Source: Fidelibacterota bacterium
Lineage (GTDB): Bacteria > Fidelibacterota > Marinisomatia > Marinisomatales > TCS55
Assembly (NCBI GenBank): GCA_027251445.1
Contig: JAPNQO010000106.1
Span: forward strand, 1-29,627
Length of the DNA: 29,627 nucleotides
Direction: 5' to 3'
Numbering within the stretch: the first letter of the stretch is position 1; every line of letters starts with the position of its first letter. Made by a program: the position numbers and the translations under genes. Below, piece after piece: positions 29,301 through 29,627 of the stretch. The notes under the pieces were generated by a model. It did not search any database, was not told where the DNA came from, and saw nothing but the letters and a program-made list of their open reading frames with translations.

Positions 29301-29627
29301 CCAAGTCACTACTGGTATTACCACTAGCTACTGTATAACTCCAGGTCAGAGTGGTGCCACCACTTCCACTGGTATAGTTTACTCCTTGATCCGTCGACCC
29401 TGTTTCTAACGTAAGTCTTGGTCTCCCTGTTCCATCATTTTGAAATAAATCCGAATTAACAAATACATTCTCACTAAATGTAATGGTAATAGCAATCACA
29501 TCTCCCGTACGATAACTTCCATTATCCGTACTTGATGATACGGATGTAACCGTAGGTGTTACTGTGTCTACTATTAATGCTTTATTTGCTGCCAGTGAAT
29601 TAGCAGCTCCAGGCTGCACAAGAGCTA
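20326..29627 (-). CDS. Giant secreted/surface repeat protein (Ig-like repeats, FN3, beta-helix, dockerin-like, T9SS-type C-terminal sorting domain); 5'-truncated
   Basis: Frame stays open to the window end (..ALVQPGAANSLAANK continues the repeat consensus TLPTPGxTNSLxANK). Three repeat families; C-terminal NYPNPFNPSTTI...IYDLLGREV...WDG...GMYFY...KMLLVK. Confidence 0.9.
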   Translation of the reverse strand, partial: ALVQPGAANSLAANKALIVDTVTPTVTSVSSSTDNGSYRTGDVIAITITFSENVFVNSDLFQNDGTGRPRLTLETGSTDQGVNYTSGSGGTTLTWSYTVASGNTSSDLDYHSTSALALNSGTIKDAAGNNAVLTLPTPGETNSLAANKDIVIDQAVPVISSVSLALDNSTIAVTMNEAVFNTVNASGALEASDFALSISGGAATLSSATPTSIAINGNIFTVGIGISGTPNGSETLTVVPVDNGIYDAAGNEASTSQSNNSVTLYDQTIPLVSTVTSTTANGSYKADDAIVITITFTEAVTVTGTPQLTLETGSSDAVINYASGTGTATLTFNYTVATGQNSADLDYTGADALALNSGTIKDSENRNAYLTLPTPGETNSLSANKALLIDTAVPTVASVSSTTANGRYRTDDVIAITVEFSEVVTVTGTPQLTLETGSSDAVVNYVSGSGSSTLLFNYTVATGHTNTDLDYVGTSSLALNGGTIKDALNHVATLTLPTPGATNSLSANKELVIDQLFPNITGVAIAADNSTIAATFNEGVFNTVNASGALETSDFSFSITGGNATLERVNPTSISVVGNVYTLGIDLSGTPDGSEVLSVSPVNDGIYDGAGNEASTTQSNNTATLNDQLSPSIVSVVVNANNALVAVTMSEAVFSNNNGSGAMVAGNFALYLAGGTATLSDSIATSISASGNVYTLGFTVSGTPDGSEILTVIPINDKIYDSVGNEALRTQTNNTDDLFDEAAPTVVSVSSSISNGNSKIGDQVPITVTFSETVSVTGTPQVTLETGATDAVVNYTSGSGSSVLIFTYTVAAGDTNSDLGYTSSSSLALNSGTIRDLSGTAAVLTLPTPGQTNSLKANKALVIDGVVPQVPTGIVADDGNTNVTLTWTANTDGDIASYRVYGDTSASPVTSLITVGSNLQSYTHSGLTNRTTYYYRISAIDIAGNESALSSDINVIPKPQKYTVKQDSTGDFVTIQTCVETTSDYDTVLVYPGTYLENLSIDNQNVIIQSFSGSDSTIVNGNNEATCLTIVGNSTVAVSGLSLRNGLGDNGGGIFIEGSGVITLDKLHVFSNLASNDGGGLFVSSTNSGSVTVSNSQFYNNECVNKGGGMNIQDDNTVIKGTLIYSNSTQQDAGGIYTSGRLKVLNSSFAANRVPSGRNGAAMMIETGLDSSLLVNNIFYNNDDGIYKSNGKLVAYNNYFSEIDSQLDIIRGSNNTFSDLDPFTNSSNKDYSLSSTSNQIGSGRLNTVFYGTNFAVPAIDAIGTVRPTPSGSNPDLGAIENPLASGIPSVVSITSSETDGTYNLGSIIAVSITFSEPVSVSGTPQLLLETGSTDAIANYVSGDDTTIITFNYTVQEGDTTRDLDYNSTAALLLNGGTILDSDSSGADLTLPQKGGASSLGGTKALAIDGLSPSVISVNSSSADSNYTMDSQIPIQLIFSEPVIVSGTPQLALETGSDDAIVEYSSGSGGNILTFLYTVQSSDNSLDLEYRSSNPINLNSGSIVDTAGNNTLLTMPVIGSGNSLSDNKDIFVNGSVPRVVSVSSSLDDGFFIAGDTLMLTISFNESVIVTGVPQLMLRTGSSSARANYISGTNTNTLTFSYIISSLDNTRDLDYASDSSLTFNGGNIVDILGSAGILELPTPGSSNSLKGSKTFIIDNSAPIFTAISEGAIISAGGADKDFQNLSDSLFVSWAAFDSATSVANYQYAIGVSAGGSQIVPWTSVGAATADTVIFPSYQPLIEGAIYFLSVVATDIAGNISSPSLGDGVLIDLTDPTSGSVFDGITTDLSYTGSDTNLTISWAGFSDDRSGVVSYKLSINDELDTVILPWTDIADTNSWTVTNLSLNNASTYQIFLRGVDGAGNLSPIVSTNGIVVDTESPQSGSAIDGSVGDIDWHNSDTTITFTWHDFDDSLSGISYYEYAIGTGTNILELLNWTTASRNNSMATVSVSFERDSTYFVSIRAIDSVSNVSNTVTSDGFTIDMDAPQIYYVNEGSISNDIDIQNIDSVLSSSWQGIDVSPGSGVSHYEVALGSAREDSNIIDWYTIENAYTLNMLSDSVHLNDGLNYYVSVRAIDIAGNRSDLFSGDGILIDLTPPLLGTIHDGLNTDIDYTQSTTTLSANWTGFTDTVSNIVNYEVAFTDDTSRFDNIPSWDSVGLSSNYVIDTLSSLADQETYFFLIKATDLAGNVSNVFSSDGVTIDYGTPVSGIVYDGLAGDTDWTNSDSTLDISWSGFIDTVSGISSYEYAIGTTPGATNVLTWTENGLDTNVTVSNLDLIHDATYYGSVRATDIVGHISPISTSNGIVVDIFDPTVGAPNDGGPVDLDYQGPSDTLGIYWSGNDTREISFYEYSVGSSPGDTNIISWTDNGSETQVTIPNFSLTHETVYYANIRAYDMAGNVSTVESSDGIMADLYPPTVGFVYDGLHDDESYTPSDTNLVANWEGFVDTTSGILRYEYAVGTSPEAIDITGDWVSAGENITISASLELEETITYYFSIRAVDQVNNISPIVSSNGIITDFTGPAGIWVFDGDSVDIDRQNYINIFQANWKQFIEDGSGFLTYEYALYDMNNSQYITPWTQTLDTLCTISDLSLEENITYNVQIRGIDSVYNVGETLISDGVLIDLSAPSSPMNLVAWFTSERIFIEWDHNQEVDLNHYSVYGGTDENPTTLLLTTADSSAEAFMPNFEDGNTYYFRITATDIPGNESPFTSDVMGIPQSALITRANPNPINFLNAADSTLTIHFTQPLSDIGDITASSIAYDNINLYSTYSAEDTAIIIHFLEPHGSLDTINIEINNILDWSDNETDSKELTYTTYLLADYDNNFQIDVLDLNAFKTALTNQDFAYELGPISGTVPHFIPTPNNIFDLRDIMAFVQMWYWSNRSLPLITGSMPEIGGRLAVEQIDKSIVVSLPEGAVAGQIFIEYPSNSKRFSTKSDITTEDNIYLSSTDESVGKILVEWANSINTNQSEIIFDSKSFDRNDTPISIGYTIYGNDENIISQGMKSMQIRAIPDEYSLHHNYPNPFNPSTTIMYDLPETGFTRLLIYDLLGREVVTLVKKDMKAGYYSTRWDGRNQYGQNVGAGMYFYYLQSGPYRKSLKMLLVK
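21770..24650 (-). repeat. Nine tandem ~105-aa FN3-like repeats within the giant protein
   Basis: Consensus DxD[YW]...LxxxWxGFxDxxSG[IV]xxYEYA[IV]G...W...Y[YF]xSVRAxDxAGNxS...SDG[IV]xID occurs 9 times. Boundaries approximate. Confidence 0.8.
24660..29627 (-). repeat. Interspersed Ig-like repeats (7 complete type A plus a partial one, 3 type B) around an FN3 and beta-helix insert
   Basis: Type A: PxVxSVSS...G.Y...ITxxFSExVxVTGTPQLxLETG...LDY...LNxGTIxD. Type B: P.IxSVx...N.TIAVT.NE.VF...GTPDGSE.L...IYD..GNEA. Boundaries approximate. Confidence 0.8.

Noticed and set aside
1..29627. CRISPR arrays, tRNA/rRNA genes, IS elements, integrases, introns, selenocysteine recoding
   Set aside because: No spaced repeats, cloverleafs, transposase or reverse-transcriptase ORFs were seen. 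The structured islands lie in uninterrupted reading frames with no in-frame stops.

Overview
AT-rich bacterial chromosomal window, probably FCB superphylum. Candidatus Marinimicrobia/SAR406-like is my inference from gene order, a PorU-like C25 peptidase and YPNPFN-type C-terminal domains; I did no database search. On the + strand: the 3' part of a PorU-like sortase gene, maf, a RodZ-like gene, then a tightly overlapped 15-gene dcw operon (mraZ-rsmH-ftsL-ftsI-murE-murF-mraY-murD-ftsW-murG-murC-murB-ftsQ-ftsA-ftsZ) ending in a bidirectional terminator. On the - strand: rpmB and a >3,097-aa repeat-rich surface protein, cut by the window edge, with a T9SS-type sorting domain. The most unexpected signal is at RNA level. 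(1) Discrete GC-rich islands inside mraY, murD and murG (weaker ones in ftsL, murF and others) fold by eye into long, often multi-branched stems, several pairing SD-like with anti-SD-like tracts. (2) A hairpin in the ftsZ 3' UTR has a 14-nt loop complementary to the ftsZ 5' UTR right beside its ribosome-binding site. Together these suggest an undescribed RNA-structure layer of control over the cell-division operon. All folds were read manually and need folding and covariation tests.
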